64,000 bases of DNA from Scyliorhinus canicula. Taxonomy: Eukaryota. This document shows positions 1 through 11,745 of the stretch, one piece after another. The translations under genes and the position numbers were made by a program. The stretch covers positions 32,467,990 through 32,531,989 of the forward strand of contig NC_052158.1 of the NCBI RefSeq assembly GCF_902713615.1. Direction: 5' to 3'. Position 1 is the first letter of the stretch, and each line of letters starts with the position of its first letter. The notes below the pieces were generated by a model. That model made no database searches, had not been told where the DNA came from, and was given only the letters and a program-made list of their open reading frames with translations.

Positions 1-168
1 CCCGCACATCTTTGGACTGTGGGAGGAAACCGGAGCACCCGGAGGAAACCCACGCACACACGGGGAGGACGTGCAGACTCCGCACAGACAGTGACCCAGC
101 CGGGAATCGAACCTGGGATCATGGAGCTGTGAAGCATTTATGCTAACCACCATGCTACCGTGCTGCCC
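1..168 (-). mobile_element. tRNA-derived SINE (HE1-like), 5' part; truncated by window edge
   Basis: Minus strand reads GGGCAGCACGGTAGCATGGTGGTTAGC (A-box-like) ... GGTTCGATTCCCGG (B-box), then GGGTTTCCTCCGGGTGCTCCGGTTTCCTCCC; near-identical to the copy at 42472-42805. Confidence 0.85.
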
Positions 169-320
169 TCAGTTACACTGTCTCCTGCCAAAGCAACATG
201 GCCATCTGTGTATGCTCACTGATCAGCCCACACTTCACTCTTTTAAACCCAGCCTGCCAGAATGTCTTTAAGTGGAATCATGTTTATCCTTCAGTAACAA
301 CATCCCACTCTCTTCTACTG

Positions 321-1143
321 TGTGGTGAATAAGATTCACACGGTATTATAATCTGTTCCAAGTATATATACATATCAATATTGTAAGTGCAATTGCACTA
401 CCTGACCACCAGGGGGAGTAGCTCTGGGAGTACTCGAGAGTTTGTATTGGGCTATGACCTTGGCTCCGCCCAGAACTCCTCCCCCTGGAGCGGCTGTATA
501 AAGATCCGTGCCACAGGGACAGCCAGCCAGTTCACTGAAAGTTCAACGGCTAACAGGCTGGCTCTGTTGTAAGTATATTAAAACCGGTATGCTAATCCGA
601 CAAGCATGTGTCAGTAGAATTGATGGTTCCATCAATTTAATATACTTACGAAACAGTCAAAGTAAATCATGGAAGCAGCCATCGTACCCCAGCTCTCAAC
701 ACCCACCCAGCCACCGCAAGAGGCTGGAACCCCGGTGCTCCGCAGATCGAAACAAACAATTTGTCCACCGGACAGACTAACTCTGTGAGCCACCACCCCT
801 GCCGGACTCTATTTTTTTCAAAGGGGGTGAATGTGTTGAATAAGATTCACACGGTATTATAATCTGTTCCAAGTATATATATATGTATCAAAATTGTAAG
901 TGCAGTTGCACTACCTGACTACCAGGGAGAGCTCTGGGAGTACTCGAGAGTTTGAGAGGGCTCCCTCCTTAGCTCCGCCCAGAACTCCTCCCCCTGGAGC
1001 TGCTGTATAAAGATCCGTGCCACAGGGTCAGCCAGCCAGTTCACCGAAAGTTCAACGGCTAACAGGCTGGCTCTGTTGTAAGTATATTAAAAGCGCTATT
1101 CTAATCCTACAAGCACGTGTCAGTAGAATTGATGGTTCCATCA
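321..1143 (+). mobile_element. Miniature (TRIM-like) Gypsy-derived LTR element: LTR 321-634, 197-bp internal part, LTR 832-1143
   Basis: Two ~313-bp direct repeats with TG...CA ends; 5-bp TSD TACTG (316-320, 1144-1148); PPT AAAGGGGGTGAA directly before the second LTR; TATA-like TATAAA and ATTAAA in each LTR. Confidence 0.92.
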
Positions 1144-1507
1144 TACTGTACAAAGGAGAAATAGAGGGCAAAATGAGGGGAAAACTCATTGTGACTTAGG
1201 GCTGTGAGACACAGGTGGTCAAATAAAGTATTGGTTCCAGGAAAACTTGTAAAGTCTGTTTCTTACCTGGAAAATTTATATAAAAGAGGCAGGAGATGCA
1301 GTCCCGTTCCTCATTGACATTGTATCAGAGACAAACACTGTATTAATCTCACACTCAACCATACTTAATCCTCCCTTGCCTGATGTAATCTCTGCAGATT
1401 TGAGACAGAAATGTTTTTAGAAATGAATGGCTTTGTGTAATTGTATTTCTAAGACCAGGGTCCATTTCTTTATATATTAATACAGATGAGATGAAGTGAG
1501 ACAGTCC

Positions 1508-4500
1508 TGTCTGTGAGCTCAGTGAATGCACATTGCACAATGTCTGTGTCTGTGAACTCTGCGAATGCACACTGCACAATGTCTGTGAGCTCGGTGAATA
1601 CACACTGCACAATGTCTGTGAAAGTGAGCGCGGTGAATGCACACTGCACAATGTCTGTGTCTGTGAACTCATTGAATGCACACTGCACAATGTCTGTGAG
1701 CTCGGTGAATGCACACTGCACAATGTCTATGAGCTCGGTGAATATATACCGCACAATGTCTATGTCTATGAGCTCGGTGAATACATACTGCACAATGTCT
1801 GTGAGTTTGGTGAATGCACACTGCACAATGTCTGTGAGCTTGGTGAATACACACTGCACGATGTCTGTGTCTGCGAGCTCGGTGAATACACACTGCACAA
1901 TGTCAGTGAGTTCCGTGAATGCACACTGCACAATGTCTGTGAGCTCGGTGAATGCACATTGCACAATGTCTGTGTCTTTGAGCTTGCTGAATGCACACTG
2001 CACAGTGTCTGTGCCTGTGAAGTCGGTGAATGCACACTGCACAGTGTCTGTGCCTGTGAAGTCGGTGAATACACATTGCGCAATGTCTGTGTCTGTGAAG
2101 TCGGTGAATGCAGACTGCACAATGTCTGCGTCTGAGCTCGGTGAATGCAGACTGCACAATGTGTGTGTCTGTGAGCTCGGTGAATGCACACTGCACAATG
2201 TCTGTGTCTGTGCGCTCGGTGAATCCATATTGCACAATTTCTGTGAGCTCGTTGAATGCACACAGCAGAATGTCTGTCTGTGTGCTCGGTGAATCCATAT
2301 TGCACAATGTCTGTGAGCTTGTTGAATGCACACTGCAAAATGTCTGTGTCTGTGAGCTTGGTGAATGCAAACTGCACAATGTGAGCTTGGTGAATGCACA
2401 CTCTGTCTGTGAACTCGGTGAATGCACACTGCACAGTGTCTGTGCCTGTGAGCTCGGTGAATGCACACTGCACAGTGTCTGTGCCTGTGAGCTCGGTGAA
2501 TGCACACTGCACAGTGTCTGTGCCTGTGAGCTCGGTGAATGCACACTGCACAGTGTCTGTGCCTGTGAGCTCGGTGAATGCACACTGTACAATGTCTGTG
2601 TCTGTGAGCTCGGTGAATGCACACTGCACAGTGTCTGTGCCTGTGAGCTCGGTGAATGCACACTGTACAATGTCTGTGTCTGTGAGCTCGGTGAATGCAC
2701 ACTGCACAGTGTCTGTGCCTGTGAGCTCGGTGAATGCACACTGTACAATGTCTGTGAGCTCGGTGAATGCACACTGTACAATGTCTGTGTCTGTGAGCTC
2801 AGTGAATGCAGACTGTACAATGTCTGTGAAGTTGGTGAATGCACACTGCACAATGTCTGTGAGCTGGGTGAATCCATATTGCACAATGTCTGTGAGCTCG
2901 TTGAATGCACACTGCACAATGTCTGTGTCTGTGAGCTCGGTGAATGCACACTGCACAATGTCTGTGAATGTGAGCTGGGTGAATGCACACTGCACATTGT
3001 CTGTGCCTGTGAGCTCGGTGAATGCACACTGTACAATGTCTGTGAAGTTGGTGAATGCACACTGCACAGTGTCTGTGAGCTCGGTGAATGCACACTGTAC
3101 AATGTCTGTGTCTGTGAGCTCAGTGAATGCACACTGTACAACGTCTGTGAAGTTGGTGAATGCACACTGCACAATGTCTGTGAGCTGGGTGAATCCATAT
3201 TGCACAATGTCTGTGAGCTCGTTGAATGCACACTGCACAATGTCTGTGTCTGTGAGCTCGGTGAATGCACACTGCACAATGTCTGTGAATGTGAGCTGGG
3301 TGAATGCACACTGCACATTGTCTGTGCCTGTGAGCTCGGTGAATGCACACTGTACAATGTCTGTGAAGTTGGTGAATGCACACTGCACAGTGTCTGTGAG
3401 CTCGGTGAATGCACACTGTACAATGTCTGTGTCTGTGAGCTCAGTGAATGCACACTGTACAATGTCTGTGAAGTTGGTGAATGCACACTGCACAATGTGA
3501 GCTGGGTGAATCCATATTGCACAATGTCTGTGTCTGTGAGCTTGGTGAATGCACATTGTACAGTGTCTGTGCCTGTGAGCTCGGTGAATGCACACTGCAC
3601 AGTGTCTGTCTGTGAGCTGGGTGAATGCACACTGTACAATGTCTGTGAAGTTGGTGAATGCACACTGCACAGTGTCTGTGCCTGTGAGCTCGGTGAATGC
3701 ACACTGTACAATGTCTGTGAGCTCGGTGAATGCACACTGTACAATGTCTGTGTCTGTGAGCTCAGTGAATGCAGACTGTACAATGTCTGTGAAGTTGGTG
3801 AATGCACACTGCACAATGTCTGTGAGCTGGGTGAATCCATATTGCACAATGTCTGTGAGCTCGTTGAATGCACACTGCACAATGTCTGTGTCTGTGAGCT
3901 CGGTGAATGCACACTGCACAATGTCTGTGAATGTGAGCTGGGTGAATGCACACTGCACATTGTCTGTGCCTGTGAGCTCGGTGAATGCACACTGTACAAT
4001 GTCTGTGAAGTTGGTGAATGCACACTGCACAGTGTCTGTGAGCTCGGTGAATGCACACTGTACAATGTCTGTGTCTGTGAGCTCAGTGAATGCACACTGT
4101 ACAATGTCTGTGAAGTTGGTGAATGCACACTGCACAATGTGAGCTGGGTGAATCCATATTGCACAATGTCTGTGTCTGTGAGCTTGGTGAATGCACATTG
4201 TACAGTGTCTGTGCCTGTGAGCTCGGTGAATGCACACTGCACAGTGTCTGTCTGTGAGCTGGGTGAATGCACACTGTACAATGTCTGTGAAGTTGGTGAA
4301 TGCACATTGCACAATGTCTGTGTCTGTGAGCTCGGTGAATGCACACTGTACAATGCCTGTGAAGTTAGTGAATGCATACTGCAAAATGTCTGTGTCTGTG
4401 AGTTCGGTGAATCCATATTGCACAATGTCTGTGAGCTCGTTGAATGCGCAAAGCACAATGTCTGTGTCTGTGAGCTCGGTGAATGCAGACTGCACAATGT

Positions 4501-4600
4501 CTGTGTCTGTGAGATCGGTGAATGTACACTGCACAATGTCTGTGAGCTTGGTGAGTGCAGACTGCACAATGCCTGTGTCTGTGAGCTTTGTGCAATGTGC
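1508..4600. repeat. Minisatellite, 33/39-bp unit TGTCTG(TGTCTG)TGAGCTCGGTGAATGCACACTGCACAA, with a 321-bp higher-order period
   Basis: Unit read directly; variant CTCAGTG recurs at 2798, 3119, 3440, 3761, 4082. Confidence 0.97.
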
Positions 4601-4605
4601 ATTCA

Positions 4606-5784
4606 TAAGAACTAGGAGCAGGAGTAGGCCATCTGGCCCCTCGAGCCTGCTCCGCCATTCAATGAGATCATGGCTGATCTTTTGTGGACTCAGCTCCACT
4701 TTCCGGCCCGAACACCATGACCCTTAATCCCTTTATTCTTCAAAAAACTATCTATCTTTACCTTAAAAACATGTAATGAAGGAGCCTCAACTGCTTCACT
4801 GGGCAAGGAATTCCATAGATTCACAACACTTTGGGTGAAGAAGTTCCTCCTAAACTCAGTCCTAAATCTACTTCCCCTTATTTTGAGGCTATGTCCCCTG
4901 GTTCTGCTTTCACCCGCCAGTGGAAACAACCTGCCCGCATCTATCCTATCTATTCCCTTCATAATTTTAAATGTTTCTATAAGATCCCTCCTCATCCTTC
5001 AAAATTCCAACGAGTACAGACCCAGTCTACTCAACCTCTCCTCATAATCCAACCCCTTCAGCTCTGGGATTAACCTAGTGAATCTCCTCTGCACACCCTC
5101 CAGTGCCAGTACGTCCTTTCTCAAGTAAGGAGACCAAAACTGAACACAATACTCCAGGTGTCGCCTCACTAACACCTTATACAATTGCAACATAACCTCC
5201 CTAGTCTTAAACTCCATCCTTCTAGCAATGAAGGACAAAATTCCATTTGCCTTCTTAATCACCTGTTGCACCTGTAAACCAACCTTCTGTGACTCATGCA
5301 CTAGCACACCCAAGTCTCTCTGAACAGCGGCATGCTTTAATATTTTATCGTTTATATAATAATCCTGTTTGCTGTTATTCCTACCAAAATGGATAACCTC
5401 ACATTTGTCAACATTGTATTCCATCTGCCAGACCCTAGCCCATTCACTTAACCTATCCAAATCCCTCTGCAGACTTCCAGTATCCTCTGCACTTTTCGCT
5501 TTACCACTCATCTTAGTGTCATCTGAAAACTTGGACACATTGCCCTTGGTCCCCAACTCCAAATAATCTATGTAAATTGTGAACATTTGTGGGCCCAACA
5601 CGGATCCCTGAGGGACACCACTAGCTACTGATTGCCAACCAGAGAAACACCCATTTATCCCAACTCTTTGCTTTCTATTAATTAACCAATCCTCTATCCA
5701 TGCTACTACTTTACCCTTAATGTCATGCATCTTTATCTTATGCAGCAACCTTTTGTGTGGCACCTTGTCAAAGGCTTTCTGGAA
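4606..5784 (-). mobile_element. CR1-clade LINE, 3' part of ORF2 (RT C-terminal half) and 3' tail
   Basis: ORFs 4999-6000 and 4690-4995 contain KAFDKVPH, SGVPQGSVLGP, SKFSDDTK, YCVQFWSPY, RRDLIETFKI; continues at 11746 after the L1 insertion. Confidence 0.95.
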
Positions 5785-6228
5785 GGACTTCCGGTGTGCA
5801 GCATGGAGTGAGTGTGCACACAGAGACAGCTCCTGCCCAAGGTTACAGAAAAGAGCTCTTTTTTGGGCGGCATGGGTTGGAATTTCGATGAAAAGGCGTA
5901 GGTGAAGGTTCGAGGAGTACTTTCCCCCAGGAATAGTATGTTTCTTGGTTATCAGACCCTCAGAAACAGTGCAAGATTGGGCGGAAGCAGCAGCAAACAA
6001 AAGCCTCTGCAGCAGGCAAGCGGGGGAAGGGCCAGCTTATAGGTCTCAAGCTGACTTGAGGGCCTTTATGAAAGCTGGATTCTAGCAGCAGTCGACGCTG
6101 TCCCGACGAATCCCAGTGGGGGAAGGTGTCTAGAGGAGCATTCCCCATAATTTATGGTGCTCACCCGGAGTGGGGCAAAGGAAAAAGCTGCAGCAGCTCC
6201 CCAAGAAAAGCAGGGGAAGAAAGACAAA

Positions 6229-6999
6229 ATGGCGGCCGGCGGAACACCCGAGGACTGATGGAAGTGGGCGCAGGAGCAGCAAGCCTCTCTTCTGCGCTAT
6301 TTTGCGGAGCTGAAGGCTGAGTTGCTGGACTCCCTGAATGCGACTACCAACAAGCTGCTTGGGGCCCAGGCGGCCCAGGAGGTGTCCATTCGGGAGTTGC
6401 AGGAGCAGGCCGCTGAGCGGGAGGAGGAGGCCGTGGTCCTCGTGGGGAAGGTGGAGTTGCACGAGGCACTTCACAAAAAGTGGCAAGACCGCTTGGAGGA
6501 GCTGGACGTTCGCCCGAGGCGAAAGAATTTGAGGATCCTGGGCCTGGCGGAGGGGCTGGAGGGGTCGGATCTCCCGTCGTACGTGATCACGATGTTGAGC
6601 TCGTTGATGGGAGCGGGGTCCTTCCATTTGCCCCTGGAGCTTGAGGGAGCTCACAGAGTGCTGGCCAGGAGGCCTACGGCAAATGAACCCCCGCGGGTGG
6701 TGCTGGTGCGGTTCCATCGATTTAGTGACCGGGAGTGTGTTCTGCGCTGGGCCAAGGAAGAGAGGAGCAGCAAGTGGGAGAATTCGGTGGTGCGAATCTA
6801 CCAGGACTGGAGTGCGGAGGTGGCAAAGCGGCGGGCCGGGTTCAACCGGACGAAGGCGGTGCTGCATGCCAAGCTGGTCAGATTTGGAATGCTGCAGCCT
6901 GCACGTCTGTGGGTGACATATAAGGACCGGCACCACTACTTAGAGTCCCCGGAGGAGGCATGGGCCTTTGTACAGGCGGAGAAGCTGGACTCGAACTAG
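6229..6999 (+). pseudogene. L1 ORF1 (coiled coil, RRM and CTD type) with one early in-frame TGA
   Basis: ATG 6229 is in frame with track ORF 6322-6999; motifs RRKNLRILGL, LELEGAHR, PRVVLVRFHRF, RIYQD, RFGMLQPARLWV, LESPEEA. Confidence 0.9.
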
Positions 7000-7647
7000 G
7001 GTCTGGGGACACACTATGGCCGTTGCTGTTTTCGCTGTTGCTGTTCTTCAATTTTGACAGGTGTTATTTTTATGCTGGTTTTCATTTTGCTCTGTTTCCG
7101 GGTGGGTTTGTTTGTCGGGTATGGGTGTGGGGTATGTGGGGAACGTTGGGGGTATGTATTTTATATGTTCTCTTCTGTACGGGACTGGGGGTTGGGGTGA
7201 AACTGGATTTTGAGGAGCTGCGTCAGAAGGGTGGGGTGTGGCAGTGTGAAAGTGCGGGCCTTCCTCTGGATGTCCGCGCTGCTGGGCAGGAGGGGGGCGG
7301 AGCTGGAGGCGTGGCCTTCATTGGTTTTCTTTCCCCTACTGAAGCGGTGCCAAGGAGGTGTGGCAAGAGGGGGATGACCCCATGCCGGGAGGGGATGGGT
7401 TTTGGCGGGAGCTGCCGGGTCAGCAGAAGTCAGCTGACTCACAGAAGTACCATGGAGGGTGCGTCGCGGCTAGGAGGGGTCCTAGACTGGGGTGGTGGTG
7501 GTGGGGGGGGTGGGGGGGGATACCGGGTTGCTGCTGGAATGGCCAGGAAGGAGCTGGTGTGGGCCGGGGTGGTAGAGGAGAGGCGTTATCGCCATGGGGA
7601 ACAGGTCAGGCGGGGCGAGCTGGCCTGGGGCGAGCAGTCAATAAGCT

Positions 7648-10600
7648 ATGGCTAGCCGGCGGGGGAGAGGGGCAGGTTGCCCTCTGATCCGGCTGATTAC
7701 CTGGAACGTGAGGGGGCTGAATGGGCCGGTTAAGAGAACTAGGGTATTTTCTCATCTGAAGGGGCTGAAGGCGGACGTGGCTATGCTCCAGGAGACCCAC
7801 TTGAAGGTGGCGGACCAGGTTCATCTGAGGAAGGGGTGGGTGGGGCAGGTTTTTCACTCATGATTGGACGCGAAGAACCGGGGGTTGGCGATTCTGGTGG
7901 GGAAGAGAATGGCGTTCGAGGCGGCTGAGGTGGTGTCGGACAAGGAGGGCAGATATATTATGGTGAAGGGTAGGCTGCAGGGAGAGAAGGTGGTGCTGGT
8001 TAATGTATATGCCCCGAATTGGGATGATGCCGGCTTCATGAGGCGCTTGTTGGGCCGCATTCCGGATCTGGAGGCGGGGGGCCTGATCATGGGGGGAGAC
8101 TTTAACACAGTGCTGGATCCCCCACTGGACCGGTCCAGTTCAAGGACGGGTAGGAGACCGGCGGCAGCCAAAGTGCTGAGGGGGTTTATGGACCAGATGG
8201 GAGGGGTGGATCCCTGGAGGTTTGGGAGGCCGAGGGCGCGGGAGTATTCCTTTTTCTCCCATGTCCATAGGGTCTATTCCCGAATAGATTTTTTCGTCCT
8301 GAGCAGGGGATTGATCCCGAAGGTGCAGGATGCAGAGTATTCGGCCATAGCGATTTCAGACCATGCTTCGCACTGGGTTGATCTGGAGATGGGGGAGGCG
8401 CGGGACCAGCGCCCACTCTGGCGCCTGGATGTGGGGATGCTGGCTGATGAGGAGGTGTGTAGGAGGGTCCGGGGAAGTATTGAGGGGTATCTGGATACCA
8501 ACGACACGGGGGAGGTCCGGGTGGGGATGGTCTGGGAGGATCTGAAAGCAGTGATCCGGGGGGAGCTGATCTCCATCCGGGCCCATAGGGAAAGGAGGGA
8601 GAGGAAGGAGAGGGAGAGACTGGTGAGGGAGCTCCTGGATGTGGACAGGAGATATGCGGAGGCACCGGAGGAGGGGTTGCTGGGGGAACGGCGTAGTTTG
8701 CAGGCCAAATTTGACTTGTTGACCACCAGAAAGGCGGAGACACAGTGGAGGAGGTCGCAGGGCGCGGTATATGAGTATGGGGAGAAGGCGAGCAGGATGT
8801 TGGCGCATCAGCTCCGTAGGCGAGATGCGGCCAGGGAAATTGGTGGAGTGACGGATAGGGGTGGGAATGTAGTGCAGAAGGGGACAGAAGTAAATGGGGT
8901 CTTTAGGGACTTCTACGAGGAACTGTACCGGTCAGAACCTCTGATGGGGAGAGGGGGGATGGAGAGCTTCATGAACAGGCTATGTTTCCCAAGGGTTCAA
9001 GAGGAGCTGGTAAAGGGGCTGGGGGCGCCGATAGAGTTGGCAGAGCTAGTCAGGGGGATTGGACAAATGAAGTCAGGTAAGGCGCCGGGGCCGGACGGGT
9101 TCCCGGTGGAATTTTATAAAATGTATGCGGATCTGGTGGGCCCCCTGCTAGTGCGAGCCTTCAATGAGGCATGGGAGGGGGGGGGCTTTGCCCCCGACGA
9201 TGTCGCGGGCACTGATCTCTCTGATCCTAAAGCGGGATAAGGATCCCTTGCAGTGTGGATCATACAGGCCTATCTCGCTCCTCAATGTTGACGCTAAGTT
9301 GCTGGCGAAGATCCTGGCCACCAGGATACAGGACTGTGTGCCAGGGGTGATATACGAGGATCAGACAGGATTTGTCAAGGGACGGCAGCTCAACACGAAT
9401 GTGCGGAGACTGCTAAATGTTATTATGATGCTGGCAGTGGAGGGGGAGGCTGAGATAGTGGTGGCGCTGGATGCGGAGAAAGCGTTTGATAGAGTTGAGT
9501 GGGGGTACCTGTGGGAGGTGCTGGAGCGTTTCGGATTCGGGGAGGGATTCATCAAATGGGTGAGGCTGCTCGACGCGGCTCCGATGGCAAGTGTAGTTAC
9601 CAATGGAAGGAGATCGGAGTACTTTAGGCTCTACTGTGGGACCAGGCAGGGGTGCCCCCTGCCCCCCTTGCTCTTTGCACTGGCGATTGAACCTTTGGCT
9701 ATGGCGTTGATGGAGTCAGGGAGATGGAGGGGTCTGGTGCGGGGTGGGGAGGAACATCTTGTATCGCTGTATGCGGACGACCTGCTGTTGTATGTGGCGG
9801 ATCCAGAAGGGGGAATGCCGGGGGTGATGGAGCTGTTAGCGGAATTTGGGGGCTTCTCGGGCTATAAGTTAAATTTAGGCAAGAGTGAGGTATTTGTAGT
9901 ACACCCCGGTGATCAGGAGGAGGGAATTGGGAGACTCTCATTCAAGAGGGCAGTGAAGAGTTTCAGATACCTGGAGGTGCAGGTGGCCAGGGGTTGGGGG
10001 ACTCTCCATAAGCTTAATTTTACCAGGCTGGTGGAGCAGATGGAGGAGGAATTTAAAAGGTGGGACATGATGCCGCTATCGTTGGCGGGTAGAGTGCAGT
10101 CCGTCAAAATGTCGGTTCTCCCGAGGTTCTTGTTCCTTTTTCAGTGTTTGCCCATCTTTATCCCTAGGGCCTTTTTGAGAAGGGTGACTAGCAGCATCAT
10201 GAGCTTTATTTGGGCGCATGGGACCCCGAGGGTGAAGAGTGTCTTCTTGGAGCGGGGTAGAGATGGAGGGGGGGCTGGCGTTACCCAATCTCTCAGGGTA
10301 TTATTGGGCGGCCAATGTGTCGATGGTGCGCAAGTGGGTAATGGAGGGGGAGGGGGCAGCATGGAAACGGATGGAGAGGGCGTCCTGTGGAGATACAAGC
10401 CTGGGGGCCCTGGTAACGGCGCCGTGGCCGCTCCCTCCTACGAGGTATACCACGTGTCCGGTGGTGGTGGCTACCCTCAAGATTTGGGGCTACCCTCAAG
10501 ATTTGGGGGCAGTGGAGGCGACATTGGGGAGAAGTGGGGGGCTCGATGGAGGCTCCGTTAAGGGGGAACCATAGGTTCGTCCCGGGGAACATTGATGGGG

Positions 10601-11461
10601 GATTTCAGGGTTGGCACAGAGCGGGCATCAGACAGCTGAGGGACCTGTTTATTGATGGGAGGTTTGCGAGTCTGGGGGAGTTGGAGGAGAAATTTGGGCT
10701 CCCCCCGGGGAACATGTTCAGGTATCTGCAGGTAAAGGCATTTGCCAGGCGGCAGGTGGAGGGATTCCCTTCGCTTCCCGCGAGGGGGGTGAGTGACAGG
10801 GTGCTTTCGGGGGTCTGGGTCGGAGAGGGGAAGATATCTGATATCTACAATGTTATGCAGGAGGCGGAGGAGGTGTCAGAAGAGGAGCTGAAAGCTAAGT
10901 GGGAGGGGGACCTGGGGGAACAGATCGAAGACGGGACATGGGCTGATGCTCTGTAGAGGGTTAATTCTTCCTCCTCGTGTGCGCAGCTTAGCCTCATCCA
11001 ATTCAAGATGCTGCATAGTGCCCACATGACTGGGACGAGGATGAGTAGGTTCTTTGGGGGTGAAGACAGGTGTGTCAGGTGCTCGGGGAGTCCAGCGAAC
11101 CATGCCCATATGTTCTGGGCATGCCGGCACTGGAGGAGTTCTGGAAGGGGGTGGCTAGGCGGTGTCGAGGGTGGTGGGATCCAGGGTCAAGCCAGGATGG
11201 GGACTCGCGATTTTTGGGGTTGGGGTGGAGCCGGGAGTGCAGGAGGCGAAAGAGGCCGGTGTGCTGGCCTTTGCGTCCCTAGTAGCCCGGCGAAGGATCT
11301 TGCTACAATGGAAGGATGCGAGGCCCCCAAGCGTGGAGACCTGGATCAATGACAGGGCAGGTTTCATTGAGCTAGAGAAGGTCAAATTCGCCCTGAGAGG
11401 GTCGGTACAAGTGTTCTTTAGGCGGTGGCAACCTTTTCTTGACTTTCTGGCTCAACGATAG
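7648..11461 (+). pseudogene. L1 ORF2 (AP endonuclease, RT, Cys-rich C-terminus), broken by stops and frameshifts
   Basis: LITWNVRGLNG/LQETH, GGDFN, SRIDFF, SDH (EN); PGPDG, RPISLLNVD, DAEKAFDRV, RQGCPL, YADD (RT); CxRC...HMFWAC; TGA at 7861, frameshifts near 9180 and 10260. Confidence 0.93.
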
Positions 11462-11745
11462 GGTACAGGGACAGTAGCAGCAGCAACCTGGGGGGGGGGG
11501 GGGAGGGGAGGAAGGGGGAGGGAAAAGGGGGGGGGGGCGGACAATGACTATGTTTGTTTATTTAATTTTAATATATTTTTAAGTTCTTTTGTTGTTCATT
11601 GGGGTTGGGGGGTGGGGGGATGTGACACATGCGTCGATACAGTCTGGGGGTGTCACAGTTATTATGGGTTATTTTGTTGCATTTCATTGTTTGTCGTTAT
11701 GTTTTATATTTTCTGTAAAAAATTCCAATAAAAATTATATTAAAA

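Larger units (their letters stand above)
5785..11745 (+). mobile_element. Full-length L1-clade non-LTR retrotransposon (~5.96 kb), inserted in CR1
   Basis: 15-bp TSD AAAGGCTTTCTGGAA (5770-5784, 11746-11760); 5' end GGACTTCCGG; ORF1 plus EN/RT ORF2; AATAAA and A-rich tail at the 3' end. Confidence 0.96.

Noticed and set aside
1355-1500. Minus-strand peptide ..FLSQICRDYIRQGRIKYG, faintly like the end of a class I alpha-2 helix
   Set aside because: Cys-to-YG spacing is off, there are no other alpha-2 motifs, splice sites are unconvincing, and it is on the opposite strand to the class I gene.
1470-4727. Very long ORFs (up to 977 aa) in several frames, including Cys/His-rich metallothionein- or keratin-associated-like translations
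   Set aside because: They overlap on both strands of a minisatellite whose units are multiples of 3; no splice or promoter context, and frames switch arbitrarily.
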